A stretch of DNA of 43,576 bases. Source: a virus. This document shows, one piece after another, positions 15,796-24,939 of the stretch (positions within the stretch are counted from its first letter, which is position 1; every line of letters starts with the position of its first letter). The position numbers and the translations under genes were made by a program. The notes below the pieces were generated by a model that was given only the letters and a program-made list of their open reading frames with translations, made no database searches and was not told the DNA's origin. The stretch spans positions 1 to 43,576 of IMG/VR virus record IMGVR_UViG_3300045988_004347; one strand, 5' to 3'.

Positions 15796-16967
15796 TACAG
15801 CACCTTTATCCTTTCCCGCTGCTCCGGCAGCCCCGCCGCCTTGCTGAACGCCTTGTACTTTGCATTCAGGCGGCGCAGTTTTATATTCACTACCTGTTCT
15901 TCGTCTGTCAGCCCTGCGGCGTTGTACGCTGTTTTCTCACGCTTGAGCTTGCGTATGGTGCGCTCCACCTTGCGCTGCTCCTGCGTGGCTTCGTATGCCG
16001 TATAGGTCTTGCCCTCAAACGTACAGCCAAGTCCATCATCAATGTGGGAAAGCTGCTCATCGGTGTAGGTGCGCTCACTTACGCCCTCAACCCAAACGTT
16101 GCGGCGGTGACGGCAGTTGACTCCTTCCAGCCCATCCACAGCACCCAGACCGCAAACCTCGTAGATGTTCGGGTAGATGTCGCCGCTGCGGGTGGAATAC
16201 ACCTTTCCCTGCCACTCTTTGTGCGATGACCACGGAGACCGCCCCGGTACATCACGCGCTCCGGCGTGGGCAGATACTTCGTAATACGGCGTTTCCAAGT
16301 ATTCCGCCGCTTGCTCCGTGTACTTACTGCACAACTGCGATACACCTGTCATTACGGCGCGTCGTGCAGCCACGTCTACATGGTCACGGTGTCCGCTCTC
16401 ATAGTCCACTACCCGCAGACCGCCGCTTGCAAGCTCCCTAACGGCGTCTTTGATGGCTTGCCCATAAGAAATAGCCCCGCTTTCTACTTTCAACGTAGCG
16501 GCATCTAAAGCCCACTGGTACGCCTTTGCAGGGGGCAGCATCGTCCGACCTGCGTCTACCAAAAATCCCATCGAAGCGGTGATGTTTCGGAACACGTCCC
16601 GCGTTTGCCGTTTGATGGCGTCAATGGTGGTTGCATCCACCAGAACGTTAGGCTGTGTTACACGGGCAAGGTCTATGACCTCGGTGTAATACTTTTGGTT
16701 GCGCTCCACCACATCGTCTATCAGCGCGTTCAGCTTTTTCTCGCTGATGCCGGTAGTCTGGCGTATGGCTTTCTCGATATCTTTCAGGTCGATGCCGTGT
16801 GACCGCAGCGCCTTGATGTCCTGCACCGTTACCTCATTCAGCTCGTCCCGCAGCTTCAGCCGGGAACATATCTCCATCAGCAGGGTGTCCTCAAGGCCTC
16901 GGTACAACTCCGCCAGTTCTTCCGGCATGGCATCCAAAACAGTAGGGGAGAATGGGTATTTCGGCAC
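15792..16967 (-). CDS. Minor capsid / head morphogenesis protein (SPP1 gp7 / Mu F-like)
   Basis: 391 aa directly after the portal gene, with the conserved GVNCRHRRNVW-type region. Confidence 0.75.
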   Translation of the reverse strand: MPKYPFSPTVLDAMPEELAELYRGLEDTLLMEICSRLKLRDELNEVTVQDIKALRSHGIDLKDIEKAIRQTTGISEKKLNALIDDVVERNQKYYTEVIDLARVTQPNVLVDATTIDAIKRQTRDVFRNITASMGFLVDAGRTMLPPAKAYQWALDAATLKVESGAISYGQAIKDAVRELASGGLRVVDYESGHRDHVDVAARRAVMTGVSQLCSKYTEQAAEYLETPYYEVSAHAGARDVPGRSPWSSHKEWQGKVYSTRSGDIYPNIYEVCGLGAVDGLEGVNCRHRRNVWVEGVSERTYTDEQLSHIDDGLGCTFEGKTYTAYEATQEQRKVERTIRKLKREKTAYNAAGLTDEEQVVNIKLRRLNAKYKAFSKAAGLPEQRERIKVLY

Positions 16968-16978
16968 TGCCCGTCACC

Positions 16979-18409
16979 TCACTCCACTTCGTTCTGCTGC
17001 TCGGTTGTCATGTCCTGCATCTTTGGTAGCGCCGCCTTTGCGGTCGCCTCGTCCTCGTTCATCCATTTCATGCGGAACTCCCAGTCATTCATAATACCAG
17101 CGCTGAGAAGCTGCATATCGCGGGAAAAGTCGGTTTGCTTGTCCTCAATGATGCTGTCATCGAAGTCGATGGAAATCTCCACGTCCTCATTTAGCCCAGC
17201 ATTCATGGCCGTGTTGCCCATCCGAAGCAAAATGCGACACAGCTCCACCAGCGCCTGCTCCAGCACAATTTCGTGTTTCTTAATGGTGCGGAACATGGTG
17301 GAGTTCTCGCTGATGACCTGTGTTGCAGTTGCTACGCTGCCACCGTCAAAGCGGTAATAGGTCTCACCGAAGCCGCACTTGCTGGAAAGGATATTGAGCT
17401 GATCCTGAATTCCGGTGTTGTGCTCCGCCGTCCGCAGCGTCATGTCAATTGGTGTTACAACTGCGCCGTCTTCTGTATCCTCCGGCATGACGTAAAACAC
17501 CACATCGTCAGGGTCAAAAGCAGGGGTACCGTCAAGATACTGCGCCGCAGACGGCTTGACCATGATGCGCTTTTTCCCAAGCTTGAACTCGTTAACGTAG
17601 CTGTCATACGCAATATCCACGCCCTGCAATACGTCAATAGCATTGGCGTAGATTGCTATACCGGTCGGCAGCAGATAGTTGATGTTGTTAGCGATGTTAG
17701 GCCGGTCAATGACAAACTGCCGCTTGTCGCTACCTGTGTGCACCACAGGCGGGATATTTTCAAATCCCTTGACATTAACAAGCTGTTCATCAGCCAGTTG
17801 CTCATTGTCATACCGATAGATGCGGTTCTCAATGACATAGTTGCCATTGTCCTCACGCCGGTGTATCTGCAAGTACAGATAATCTTTACCGCCCCGCGTG
17901 ACTTCGGAAGAAAACGCGCACTCGCTGATATATCCATTCTGCCAGGACAGTGGGTAAATGTTCTCGATGGTCACATAGTCCAGCACGATACCGGATGCGT
18001 TGCCTGGTACAATATCCCCGCTTTCGCTGATCTCCTGCCCAATGACGCGGGGAACATAGGCCACAGTGCCCAGTGCAGACTTCATCTCTTGCATCTCGTT
18101 TGCCTTGACGGTGAAGTTGTTTTCCGTCAGCACCAGATCGATGAACTTCTGCTCTTTCTCCCCTTCAAGCGTGATTTGAACTTTCTCGTTCATCAAGAGA
18201 TTGGCCCAATCCTCGCACAGCTTTTTCCCCATGCCAAGGGAGTAGCGCCTACACTCCACCTGTCGCTCACCGTTCTGCACAGTGTAGTTGTGGAAGCCTT
18301 TTACGTCGCCCTGATACCAGCTTTTCCACTCGCGCACTTTGCTATAAAAGCTGTCGGGGATGGTGGTATAGCCCAGCTCATTCAGTTTGATGATAACCGC
18401 TTTACTCAT
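16979..18409 (-). CDS. Portal protein (SPP1 gp6-like)
   Basis: 476 aa after TerL, with an acidic C-terminus. Typical portal length and position. Confidence 0.85.
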   Translation of the reverse strand: MSKAVIIKLNELGYTTIPDSFYSKVREWKSWYQGDVKGFHNYTVQNGERQVECRRYSLGMGKKLCEDWANLLMNEKVQITLEGEKEQKFIDLVLTENNFTVKANEMQEMKSALGTVAYVPRVIGQEISESGDIVPGNASGIVLDYVTIENIYPLSWQNGYISECAFSSEVTRGGKDYLYLQIHRREDNGNYVIENRIYRYDNEQLADEQLVNVKGFENIPPVVHTGSDKRQFVIDRPNIANNINYLLPTGIAIYANAIDVLQGVDIAYDSYVNEFKLGKKRIMVKPSAAQYLDGTPAFDPDDVVFYVMPEDTEDGAVVTPIDMTLRTAEHNTGIQDQLNILSSKCGFGETYYRFDGGSVATATQVISENSTMFRTIKKHEIVLEQALVELCRILLRMGNTAMNAGLNEDVEISIDFDDSIIEDKQTDFSRDMQLLSAGIMNDWEFRMKWMNEDEATAKAALPKMQDMTTEQQNEVE

Positions 18410-19647
18410 GCAATAACTCCCATCCGACGGGAAATGCGCTCAACGGCGTACCGGGTAGCATCTATCAAGTGGTTATTCTCATCCGGGTAGCCGCTGATAA
18501 TATCTCCGTCTTTGTTTCGGTCGTATTCGTAATTTACGAACTCATTGTATGCGTTTGGTGTGCGTTTCCGGTCAATGACGATCTTGCGCCGCTGCAACCA
18601 CTTCATACCGTAGTCAACAGAGCCAGGGCCTTTGACCGCCGCTTTTGCCGGCAGGCCCATAGCGCGGTAGTCTGCTACGCTTTTAGGCTCCGCGCTGTCG
18701 CAGGTGATATATGCATCTTTATATCCACGCTGAATAATGATGTTGCCGCTTGCCTCATTTGTGAGCTTGTTTTGGTATATCTCGTCCATCAGGTAGATAG
18801 TTTCCCTCGCACGGTCGTAGTGCAGCCGGATAAAAGCAAACGGATCCGGGAACCAACCCCAGTCCACGCCCTGGTAAATCCTATCAAATTGCGCAATCTC
18901 CTCGTCGGTGATCTCCCGCAGCTCCAGGTTATCAAACACGTTGCCGCCAGTACCCACAGGAATGCCTAAATATTCATGCTGGTACGCTCTCTCGTCCGTG
19001 GCCTTGAGATGTTCCGCCTCTGCCAGAAACTGCTCACCCAGCCACTCTGGCGGGGCTTGCAAATACGTTGACTTGTGGCACAGCCTGTCTGTGCGTTCTT
19101 CCAAGCTGTCCTTGTTCGCCCAGTTATCGCGGCTTATCGGCGGATTGTAGCTTTCAAAGTTCCAATACTTCGAACCGCCGCGCATTGTGGACTGCAAAAT
19201 CGTTCGTATCTCGGCACGACCGGCAAACTGGTCTTTTTCTTCAAAGTGCGTCACGGCAATATAGCCAAACGGCACCTTGATAGACTTGATTTTCATGGGG
19301 TCATCAGCGCCGCGAAACATGATCTTCTGTCCTGTCGGCTTGTAGATCAGCTCCATCGGGGAGACTTTAGCTTCCCAATACGCCGCCATGCCCAGCTCAC
19401 CGATCGCCCAAATATACTGCGCGTACACGCTGTCACGGATGGTATTTGCCACCTTACGCAGCACCAGCGCGTGTGTACCCGGATTGTTTATCAGCAGCAG
19501 GGGGACGAGTACAGACACCGTGGAGGACTTAAGTGAGCCGCGCCCACCGCTGAAATCGTAGTGCGTGTGACCATGATGGAACACGTCATGCGCCACGTCG
19601 TAGAACGCAGAACCAATTTTTTCAGACAGCCGGATGTCAGACATCAA
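18406..19647 (-). CDS. terL: Terminase large subunit (PBSX-type)
   Basis: 413 aa with a Walker-A-like GGRGSLKSS, the nuclease-half pattern GVDWGW...DPFAF, and a C-terminal NHLIDATRY. Confidence 0.9.
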   Translation of the reverse strand: MMSDIRLSEKIGSAFYDVAHDVFHHGHTHYDFSGGRGSLKSSTVSVLVPLLLINNPGTHALVLRKVANTIRDSVYAQYIWAIGELGMAAYWEAKVSPMELIYKPTGQKIMFRGADDPMKIKSIKVPFGYIAVTHFEEKDQFAGRAEIRTILQSTMRGGSKYWNFESYNPPISRDNWANKDSLEERTDRLCHKSTYLQAPPEWLGEQFLAEAEHLKATDERAYQHEYLGIPVGTGGNVFDNLELREITDEEIAQFDRIYQGVDWGWFPDPFAFIRLHYDRARETIYLMDEIYQNKLTNEASGNIIIQRGYKDAYITCDSAEPKSVADYRAMGLPAKAAVKGPGSVDYGMKWLQRRKIVIDRKRTPNAYNEFVNYEYDRNKDGDIISGYPDENNHLIDATRYAVERISRRMGVIA

Positions 19648-19972
19648 TTATCACCTTGACACCATCTGTGTTGATGTTCTGCTCCACAATGTCCTTCTGG
19701 TCGAGGTACTGCTTTCCAAGCCAAATCGCCATTGTCGCGTTCTTTTCAGCCAACCTGAACTGCGCCCGCCGCAGGCTTGATTTCCCAAGCTGGCTCTTGT
19801 TTTTATATGCGTCCGAGAAAGTCATTTTATACGTTCTCTTGCACCAAGCGTTCAATGTGTCCTCGCAGCATTCCAGCACTGAGCATATCTCTTTCTCTGT
19901 GCACTGGATAGCGCATAGGTTTTCAAACAGCTTCTCGTTTATCTCTTTCCGAGGACGTCCTGTTCTTGCCAT
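19637..19972 (-). CDS. terS: Terminase small subunit
   Basis: 111 aa. MARTGRPRKEINEKLFENLCAIQCTEKEICSVL (HTH) followed by ...ATMAIWLGKQYLDQKD is typical of TerS. Confidence 0.8.
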   Translation of the reverse strand: MARTGRPRKEINEKLFENLCAIQCTEKEICSVLECCEDTLNAWCKRTYKMTFSDAYKNKSQLGKSSLRRAQFRLAEKNATMAIWLGKQYLDQKDIVEQNINTDGVKVIIDV

Positions 19973-20078
19973 ACACGCCCTCCTTTCTGCGTTGGCGTTT
20001 AATAAACTTCTCCATGTCCCGCTTCAAATACGGGCTGCTGGTTTTGGCTATGATTGCCCGTGCTTCTTCAATCGTCAT
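19923..20078 (-). CDS. Small 51-aa protein preceding terS
   Basis: ATG at 20078 overlaps the MTase stop. Product is MTIEEARAIIAKTSSPYLKRDMEKFIKRQRRKEG. The 50-nt overlap with terS lowers confidence. Confidence 0.4.
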   Translation of the reverse strand: MTIEEARAIIAKTSSPYLKRDMEKFIKRQRRKEGVYGKNRTSSERDKREAV

Positions 20079-21261
20079 GCAAACGCACCGCCTTCTTCCC
20101 GGTGAACTTCTCCCACCGGTCAATGATTACATCGGCATACTTTGGATCATACTCCATGCAGAAAGCGTGTCTGCCATTCTGCTCCGCTGCCATAATCGTC
20201 GTGCCGGACCCAGCAAACAGGTCAAGAACATTCTCTCCCGGCTTACTTGAGCACTGCATCTGGTAATCAAACAGCTTAATCGGTTTCATGGTCGGATGCT
20301 CCGCAGATTTGACAGGCTTATCAAAATTCAACACGGTTGTCTGCCTGCGGTTCTTGAAGAAATAATGCTTCTTCCCTTCCGTCCAGCCGTACAGGCAAGG
20401 TTCGTGTGCTTCTTCTTCAATCTCGCTCTCACCATACAGGCAAGGCTCATGTTTCCACTGGAAATCCTGTCTCCCCATCACAAGGGAGTTTTTCACCCAG
20501 ATCAGGCACTGCCGGACACGCAGCATCGCATCTCTGCACGCGCCTCGGAAGTTATACCCCTCGCTGTCTGCGTGCCAGATGTAGAACGGAGCACCTGGTT
20601 TCATAACCATCGCCGCATTGGAAAACGCATCCGTTAGAAACCGTCTAAATGCCGTATCCTCCATATTGTCGTTCTTAATCTTCCCGGCGGTGCCCTGATA
20701 GTCCACATTGTACGGAGGGTCTGTGAGCAGCAAATCCATTTGTGCCCCCCCCACGAGCTTCTGTACGTCTGCCAAAGACGTGCTGTCTCCGCACATAAGG
20801 CGATGGTCTCCAAGCTGGTACACATCGCCAAGTTTGCTCTTCGGCTCTGCCGGTAAAACAGGATCGTAGTTGTCCTCTACAACTGACGTGTCGAGCTCAT
20901 CACGCAGCCCCCAATCAAAGTCAAACGCCGACAGGTCAAGACCAGGCAGTTCATCAGCCAGCAGGTCAAAGTCCCAGTCGCTCTCGTTGCTCTTGTTATC
21001 CACCAGCCGCAGGGCGTTCACCTGCTCCGGTGTCAGATCGTCCACGCAGACGCAAGGCACTTCTTCCATGCCCAGCTTCTTTGCCGCCATAGCGCGGCAG
21101 TGGCCGATAACAATAACACCCTCTTGGTCAATCACAATCGGCTGCACGAACCCGTACTGTTTAATGCTTTCGGCCACATTGTTGATTTGCCGTCTGTCGT
21201 GCTTCTTGGCATTTGCAGCATACGGCATAATATCCGCCAGCCGCTTGTTTTTTACTTCCAT
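20068..21261 (-). CDS. ParB-like nuclease domain fused to an N6/N4 DNA methyltransferase
   Basis: Start is MEVKNKRLADI at 21261 (AAAGGAGG RBS). The ParB-N-like segment is ESIKQYGFVQPIVID...GHCRAMAAKKLG. The MTase motifs are LLLTDPPYNV and DLFAGSGTT. Confidence 0.85.
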   Translation of the reverse strand: MEVKNKRLADIMPYAANAKKHDRRQINNVAESIKQYGFVQPIVIDQEGVIVIGHCRAMAAKKLGMEEVPCVCVDDLTPEQVNALRLVDNKSNESDWDFDLLADELPGLDLSAFDFDWGLRDELDTSVVEDNYDPVLPAEPKSKLGDVYQLGDHRLMCGDSTSLADVQKLVGGAQMDLLLTDPPYNVDYQGTAGKIKNDNMEDTAFRRFLTDAFSNAAMVMKPGAPFYIWHADSEGYNFRGACRDAMLRVRQCLIWVKNSLVMGRQDFQWKHEPCLYGESEIEEEAHEPCLYGWTEGKKHYFFKNRRQTTVLNFDKPVKSAEHPTMKPIKLFDYQMQCSSKPGENVLDLFAGSGTTIMAAEQNGRHAFCMEYDPKYADVIIDRWEKFTGKKAVRLHDD

Positions 21262-21654
21262 GTGGCCTCCTTTGCCTGACGCACCGGCCTCCCACCACTG
21301 GCCTTTGTCATTGGCACGTCTGTACCCGGCTTTCGCCTCGCCTGAAGTTATTTTTACACAATCGGTCGGGTGCCACCACGTATCCATACTATCCTACACA
21401 GCGGCTTTGTCCTAAGACAACCGCCACCACACCACATCCACGCCTCGGAGTTCTCTCAAGCGCGGTGGTACCCAGACCAACCACGGAACTTTTCAGCCCT
21501 GCGCCGGTACGTCGGTCGCATCCGTTCATCTTTACAAAGCCGGTGCCAGCCAATACATAAATTACTTCGTCCTGCCGCTTTCGTACAGCGCACAGGAAAG
21601 ACCACTTTCGCAGGCTTACGCTCCGTGCGGCTGCGAGGCAAGAGGTCACGCCTA

Positions 21655-21731
21655 TGGCACGGACAGTTGGGAATTGAACCCACCACACACGGTTTTGGAG
21701 ACCGCGTCGCCACCTTGGTACATGTGCCCGC
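21655..21731 (-). tRNA. tRNA-Trp(CCA)-like element with non-canonical features
   Basis: 77 nt. The 7-bp acceptor stem GCGGGCA/TGTCCGT has two G-U pairs, followed by G-CCA. The anticodon arm is GCGGT-CTCCAAA-ACCGT. The T arm GTGGG-TTCAATT-CCCA(A)C carries one bulged A. No convincing D stem could be found. Confidence 0.5.
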
Positions 21732-21784
21732 ATATTTTTCCCTCCGGGCGGAGCCGAAGCCCCGCCCATCAGGAAAAGAAGGGG

Positions 21785-21828
21785 GAAAAGAAAAAGAATG
21801 GAGATGCAGAGTTTGCCCCTGCATCTCC
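21785..21828 (-). terminator. Intrinsic terminator after the 77-aa HTH gene
   Basis: Perfect 10-bp stem GGAGATGCAG/CTGCATCTCC, then ATTCTTTTTCTTTTCC on the minus strand. Confidence 0.75.
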
Positions 21829-21882
21829 CATGATAAAGTGCGTTTTTTCAATTTTTCCACTTTTAAGTGGAATTTTCAAAAT

Positions 21883-22116
21883 TTATTTTTCGGCAATATC
21901 TACCACGCAGGGATAGTCCGTCCTGCCCATCAGATAGTCCACCGACACGCCAAATTCATCCGCTATGCTCTTCAGCGCGTCCATCGTCGGCTTTGCCGTC
22001 CCCAGCTCGTACCGGCGTATGGCATCCGAATTCAGCCCGCAGCGCTCCGACAGTACATACCGCTTCAGTCTCTTTCTCTCCCGCAGCTTTCTCAGCCGTT
22101 CCGGGAATTCGCTCAT
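21883..22116 (-). CDS. XRE-family HTH protein (77 aa)
   Basis: Start is MSEFPERLRKLRERKRL at 22116 (ATGA overlap). The helix-turn-helix is LSERCGLNSDAIRRYELG. Confidence 0.7.
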   Translation of the reverse strand: MSEFPERLRKLRERKRLKRYVLSERCGLNSDAIRRYELGTAKPTMDALKSIADEFGVSVDYLMGRTDYPCVVDIAEK

Positions 22117-22325
22117 GTCAGCACCTCCTCCGGGAAGAATGTCTCCCGCACCCCGCCGCACTCCGCCACGATGTACCGCCCCTTCGGATGCACATACACC
22201 ACAGTGCCCTTGCGGATGGGAAACCGCTTTTCATCGTTGGCACCGGATCCGGGGTACTCGCTCGGCAGCGTCATAAACCGCGCCCGGATCACATCACCCT
22301 TCTGCATCGCCGCCTCCACCTCCAT
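22113..22325 (-). CDS. Hypothetical protein
   Basis: 70-aa ORF. The more likely start is MQKGDVIRARF at 22307, after GGAGGTGGAGG. Confidence 0.55.
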   Translation of the reverse strand: MEVEAAMQKGDVIRARFMTLPSEYPGSGANDEKRFPIRKGTVVYVHPKGRYIVAECGGVRETFFPEEVLT

Positions 22326-22424
22326 AGAATACGTCTATCTCAAGTTCGTGCCCTCTATACCCCGGCCCGCCATCACCAGGGGGCCATGTCGGTATGCTGT
22401 ATCTGTATCTTTCACAGCATCCAT

Positions 22425-22991
22425 TTACTTCTCCTCCACTTCGTTCCCCCAGCAGTCCCAGCCGTCCGCCTGTTGGCGGGCAAACAGTTCGATGCGGGGC
22501 AAATGCCCATACATGGTGTCGATTCTTTCTCTGATCTTTGCTGGTTTCTCTGAGTGTCTCCCCAATTTCTCGCTTAAAAACTGCCGCACATTTGTTACTG
22601 CCCGCTTTGGGATTCTGCCTTTTTTGAACGCCAAACATAATTCGCATTGGCTCAAGGTATAAAAGCCGTAGTTGGTTCTCTGCTTATCCCACACAAAGGC
22701 TACCGTTTTATACTCAAATCCCCATGATTTGCCCAATTCTATGGCAATATCCAAATTGGGGCTGGTCGCCCACATATACAGCAAGCAATCGTCTGCACCG
22801 ATTTTGTTCACTGGCAACGCCTTCAGTTCATCCAACGTCATGGTGGGGTAATGTTCATTTACGCCGTTCTCATATTTTTCCCCTTCATCGTAATGTTGGA
22901 AATTCATTTGCTTTTGCCTATAAGCCCACGGTGGATCAGCGTAGATGACGTTGTACTTCTTGTCCGTGATAAAAATATCCACCACTGCCAT
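22425..22991 (-). CDS. MT-A70-family DNA adenine methyltransferase
   Basis: ATG at 22991 is 7 nt after AAGGAGG. The catalytic DPPW is in NVIYADPPWAY, followed by ...HSEKP.... Confidence 0.85.
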   Translation of the reverse strand: MAVVDIFITDKKYNVIYADPPWAYRQKQMNFQHYDEGEKYENGVNEHYPTMTLDELKALPVNKIGADDCLLYMWATSPNLDIAIELGKSWGFEYKTVAFVWDKQRTNYGFYTLSQCELCLAFKKGRIPKRAVTNVRQFLSEKLGRHSEKPAKIRERIDTMYGHLPRIELFARQQADGWDCWGNEVEEK

Positions 22992-23157
22992 CACAATTCC
23001 TCCTTATCTCCTGTTCCATAATGCCCAACGGCGTGTGCTTCCGCATCCATGCGTACACCCACTCCCGGCTCTCCGCCGTGCCCATCGGCTTCTTCTTCGG
23101 CGGCAGTTCGCCGTTCTTCGCGGCGGTGGCCGTGGGGTTGTGCTTGTGCTCTCCCAT
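22936..23157 (-). CDS. Hypothetical 73-aa protein
   Basis: The start overlaps the upstream stop (TGATG). The 56-nt overlap with the MT-A70 gene lowers confidence. Confidence 0.4.
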   Translation of the reverse strand: MGEHKHNPTATAAKNGELPPKKKPMGTAESREWVYAWMRKHTPLGIMEQEIRRNCDGSGGYFYHGQEVQRHLR

Positions 23158-23633
23158 CACTCCGCCCCTCCGGCCATTCGTGCCCCACATCCGGGGCAAT
23201 AATCCGACAAAACGTATTCATCGTTGCAGCTATACACCGCCTCATAACCGCACTTCGAGCAAGCGTAGCCGCCGATTGGATCGCGCCCTGCAAGCGCGGG
23301 GTCCCACCCGGTTATCTCGCTCTCGTATACCGGAAGCCACCCCGCCTGCTGCGTTTCCTCTCCATCCGACTTTCCGCCCCCGGCAAATCCATGCACCGCG
23401 TCCAATACAGCCTTTCCGATGACCGCCTGTATGCTCACTTTGTTCTCGCACACCACAGGCATCTCAGCCAAAGATTTGTTATAGTACGTTGCTTTGCGTA
23501 CCTTCCATTTGCCATCCCAGAAGTCAACGGAATAGCCAGTGCTTTTTGCCGCTTCCATTTTTGCCGATCTTGCCGCGCCGGTTTTTACGAAGTAGCTTTC
23601 CCGCGTCACCCACGGATTTTTGTAGATTTTCAT
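23157..23633 (-). CDS. Hypothetical protein with a C-terminal zinc ribbon
   Basis: 158 aa ending CSKCGYEAVYSCNDEYVLSDYCPGCGARMAGGAE. Confidence 0.6.
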   Translation of the reverse strand: MKIYKNPWVTRESYFVKTGAARSAKMEAAKSTGYSVDFWDGKWKVRKATYYNKSLAEMPVVCENKVSIQAVIGKAVLDAVHGFAGGGKSDGEETQQAGWLPVYESEITGWDPALAGRDPIGGYACSKCGYEAVYSCNDEYVLSDYCPGCGARMAGGAE

Positions 23634-23929
23634 TCCACACCGTCCATCTTCGCGCCGCAGTGATAGCAGTACAAGTCAATTCCCTCCGGGTTGTCATTCA
23701 TACCTCTACCACATCGGCTACACCTACAAATGTGAAAACCACCTTCCGTTTTTTCGTACATCCACCGTCCATGCACCACCGGGGCAACATCAGCGGCAGG
23801 CTGTGCGTCTACCTCCCATATCACATCTTCAAGCAGCCCACAGCCTTGTTCGTCATCAACATCCGCATGAGCATCCCGCCAATTCTCTAAAACTTTGCGT
23901 AACGCTTCCCTGTCAATGTATTCAGCCAT
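23630..23929 (-). CDS. Hypothetical protein with a C-terminal zinc ribbon
   Basis: Start is MAEYIDREAL at 23929 (AGGAGGG RBS). It ends CRCSRCGRGMNDNPEGIDLYCYHCGAKMDGVE. Confidence 0.6.
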   Translation of the reverse strand: MAEYIDREALRKVLENWRDAHADVDDEQGCGLLEDVIWEVDAQPAADVAPVVHGRWMYEKTEGGFHICRCSRCGRGMNDNPEGIDLYCYHCGAKMDGVE

Positions 23930-24098
23930 TGTCAGCCCTCCTGTTCCACTTTTCGACGATAAATTTGGGTTCGCTATATACGCCACTTTCAAAATCACAC
24001 TCTGGACAGTATATATAGCACTCTTCTGGGCTGTTGCCATCTACTGTTTCAAGTATTGCTTCTCCGCCACAAAACGGGCATGGTTTTAACTCAGTCAT
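23922..24098 (-). CDS. lar: Lar-family restriction alleviation protein (58 aa)
   Basis: Not in the ORF track. Product is MTELKPCPFCGGEAILETVDGNSPEECYIYCPECDFESGVYSEPKFIVEKWNRRADNG. LKPCPFCGG...C..C...WNRRA is the Lar signature. It has 8-nt overlaps with both neighbours. Confidence 0.7.
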   Translation of the reverse strand: MTELKPCPFCGGEAILETVDGNSPEECYIYCPECDFESGVYSEPKFIVEKWNRRADNG

Positions 24099-24612
24099 CC
24101 TTCATCACCTCCAGCGCCTTCTCCGCCTCCTCGCGGGTCAGGAATACGGTCTTGCCAATATGGTTGATCTCGTAATCCCTCGTCCCGTTGATTTTGCGGG
24201 TATCAAAAAGCAAATTCACATATAACCCGTGGGAATACATCTTCATGCCATTGACGTAGGCATCTAATAGTTTTTTTTGCAATTTACCCGTCCACGGATT
24301 TCTTGTTACCCACACCGTATCTCCCACCTTGCATGGCAGCACCACCAAACGCCCGTCCTTGTTGGCCTCGGCCAGCTCGCGCAGGCGGTCAATCGTCAAA
24401 CCGTCAAATTCCTTAATCTCCGAAATTGCCTTGCCCATCATGGACAGTTTGAGTGCCTCTACGCTTTCCGGCTCCAGTCCCGTGTCTAAATATTCCCGCA
24501 GCAACGGGCAGTGTGCCGCCGTAACCGCCGTGCAGAATCCGCCGACCGCAGTGCAGTTCCCATTATCCTCATGCCTAAAGAGGCAGCGCAGGCAATTAAC
24601 TTTTTCCATCAC
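24091..24612 (-). CDS. Hypothetical Cys-rich protein
   Basis: 173 aa with an N-terminal Cys cluster (CLRCLFRHEDNGNCTAVGGFCTAVTAAHC). Confidence 0.6.
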   Translation of the reverse strand: MMEKVNCLRCLFRHEDNGNCTAVGGFCTAVTAAHCPLLREYLDTGLEPESVEALKLSMMGKAISEIKEFDGLTIDRLRELAEANKDGRLVVLPCKVGDTVWVTRNPWTGKLQKKLLDAYVNGMKMYSHGLYVNLLFDTRKINGTRDYEINHIGKTVFLTREEAEKALEVMKDD

Positions 24613-24938
24613 TCCGCCTCCTGCTTTGCAAACGGGTCGTACTCACTTGGGTCTGCCTTGTTAGCCCACTCAACCCATTTAACGACCTTTTCTTTTAGTT
24701 CGTCGTCGAGTAGAAATGGCTCTCTCGTCAAAACAAGCTGCGGGTTTTTCTTCATGATATTTGCGTTGTCTACGATTTCTTCATAATCCACCGGGCACTG
24801 AAGCATCTTAGAATACACGCGGTCGCCTTTGTTTGTAATCCGGCGTGTAAATGTCGCCTCTCGAAACTTGAACTTTTCAGTAAGATGTGGGTTCATCTCG
24901 AGGTCATACACCATGATATAACCAATTTTCATTGCCAT
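24609..24938 (-). CDS. Hypothetical protein
   Basis: 109-aa ORF tightly packed in the operon. Confidence 0.55.
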   Translation of the reverse strand: MAMKIGYIMVYDLEMNPHLTEKFKFREATFTRRITNKGDRVYSKMLQCPVDYEEIVDNANIMKKNPQLVLTREPFLLDDELKEKVVKWVEWANKADPSEYDPFAKQEAE

Positions 24939-24939
24939 C

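Noticed and set aside
21655-21731. The tRNA-like element as the phage attachment site, copying a host tRNA 3' end.
   Set aside because: It is 15 kb from the integrase. The integrase is a serine recombinase, which does not need long tRNA homology. The element also includes a matching 5' acceptor strand. This remains possible but is not favoured.
21389-21860. Minus-strand ORFs of 126 and 134 aa in the ORF-free region upstream of the ParB-MTase gene.
   Set aside because: They are Arg/Gly-rich nonsense-like sequences with no RBS. They span the tRNA-like element and stable hairpins, so a non-coding interpretation is favoured.
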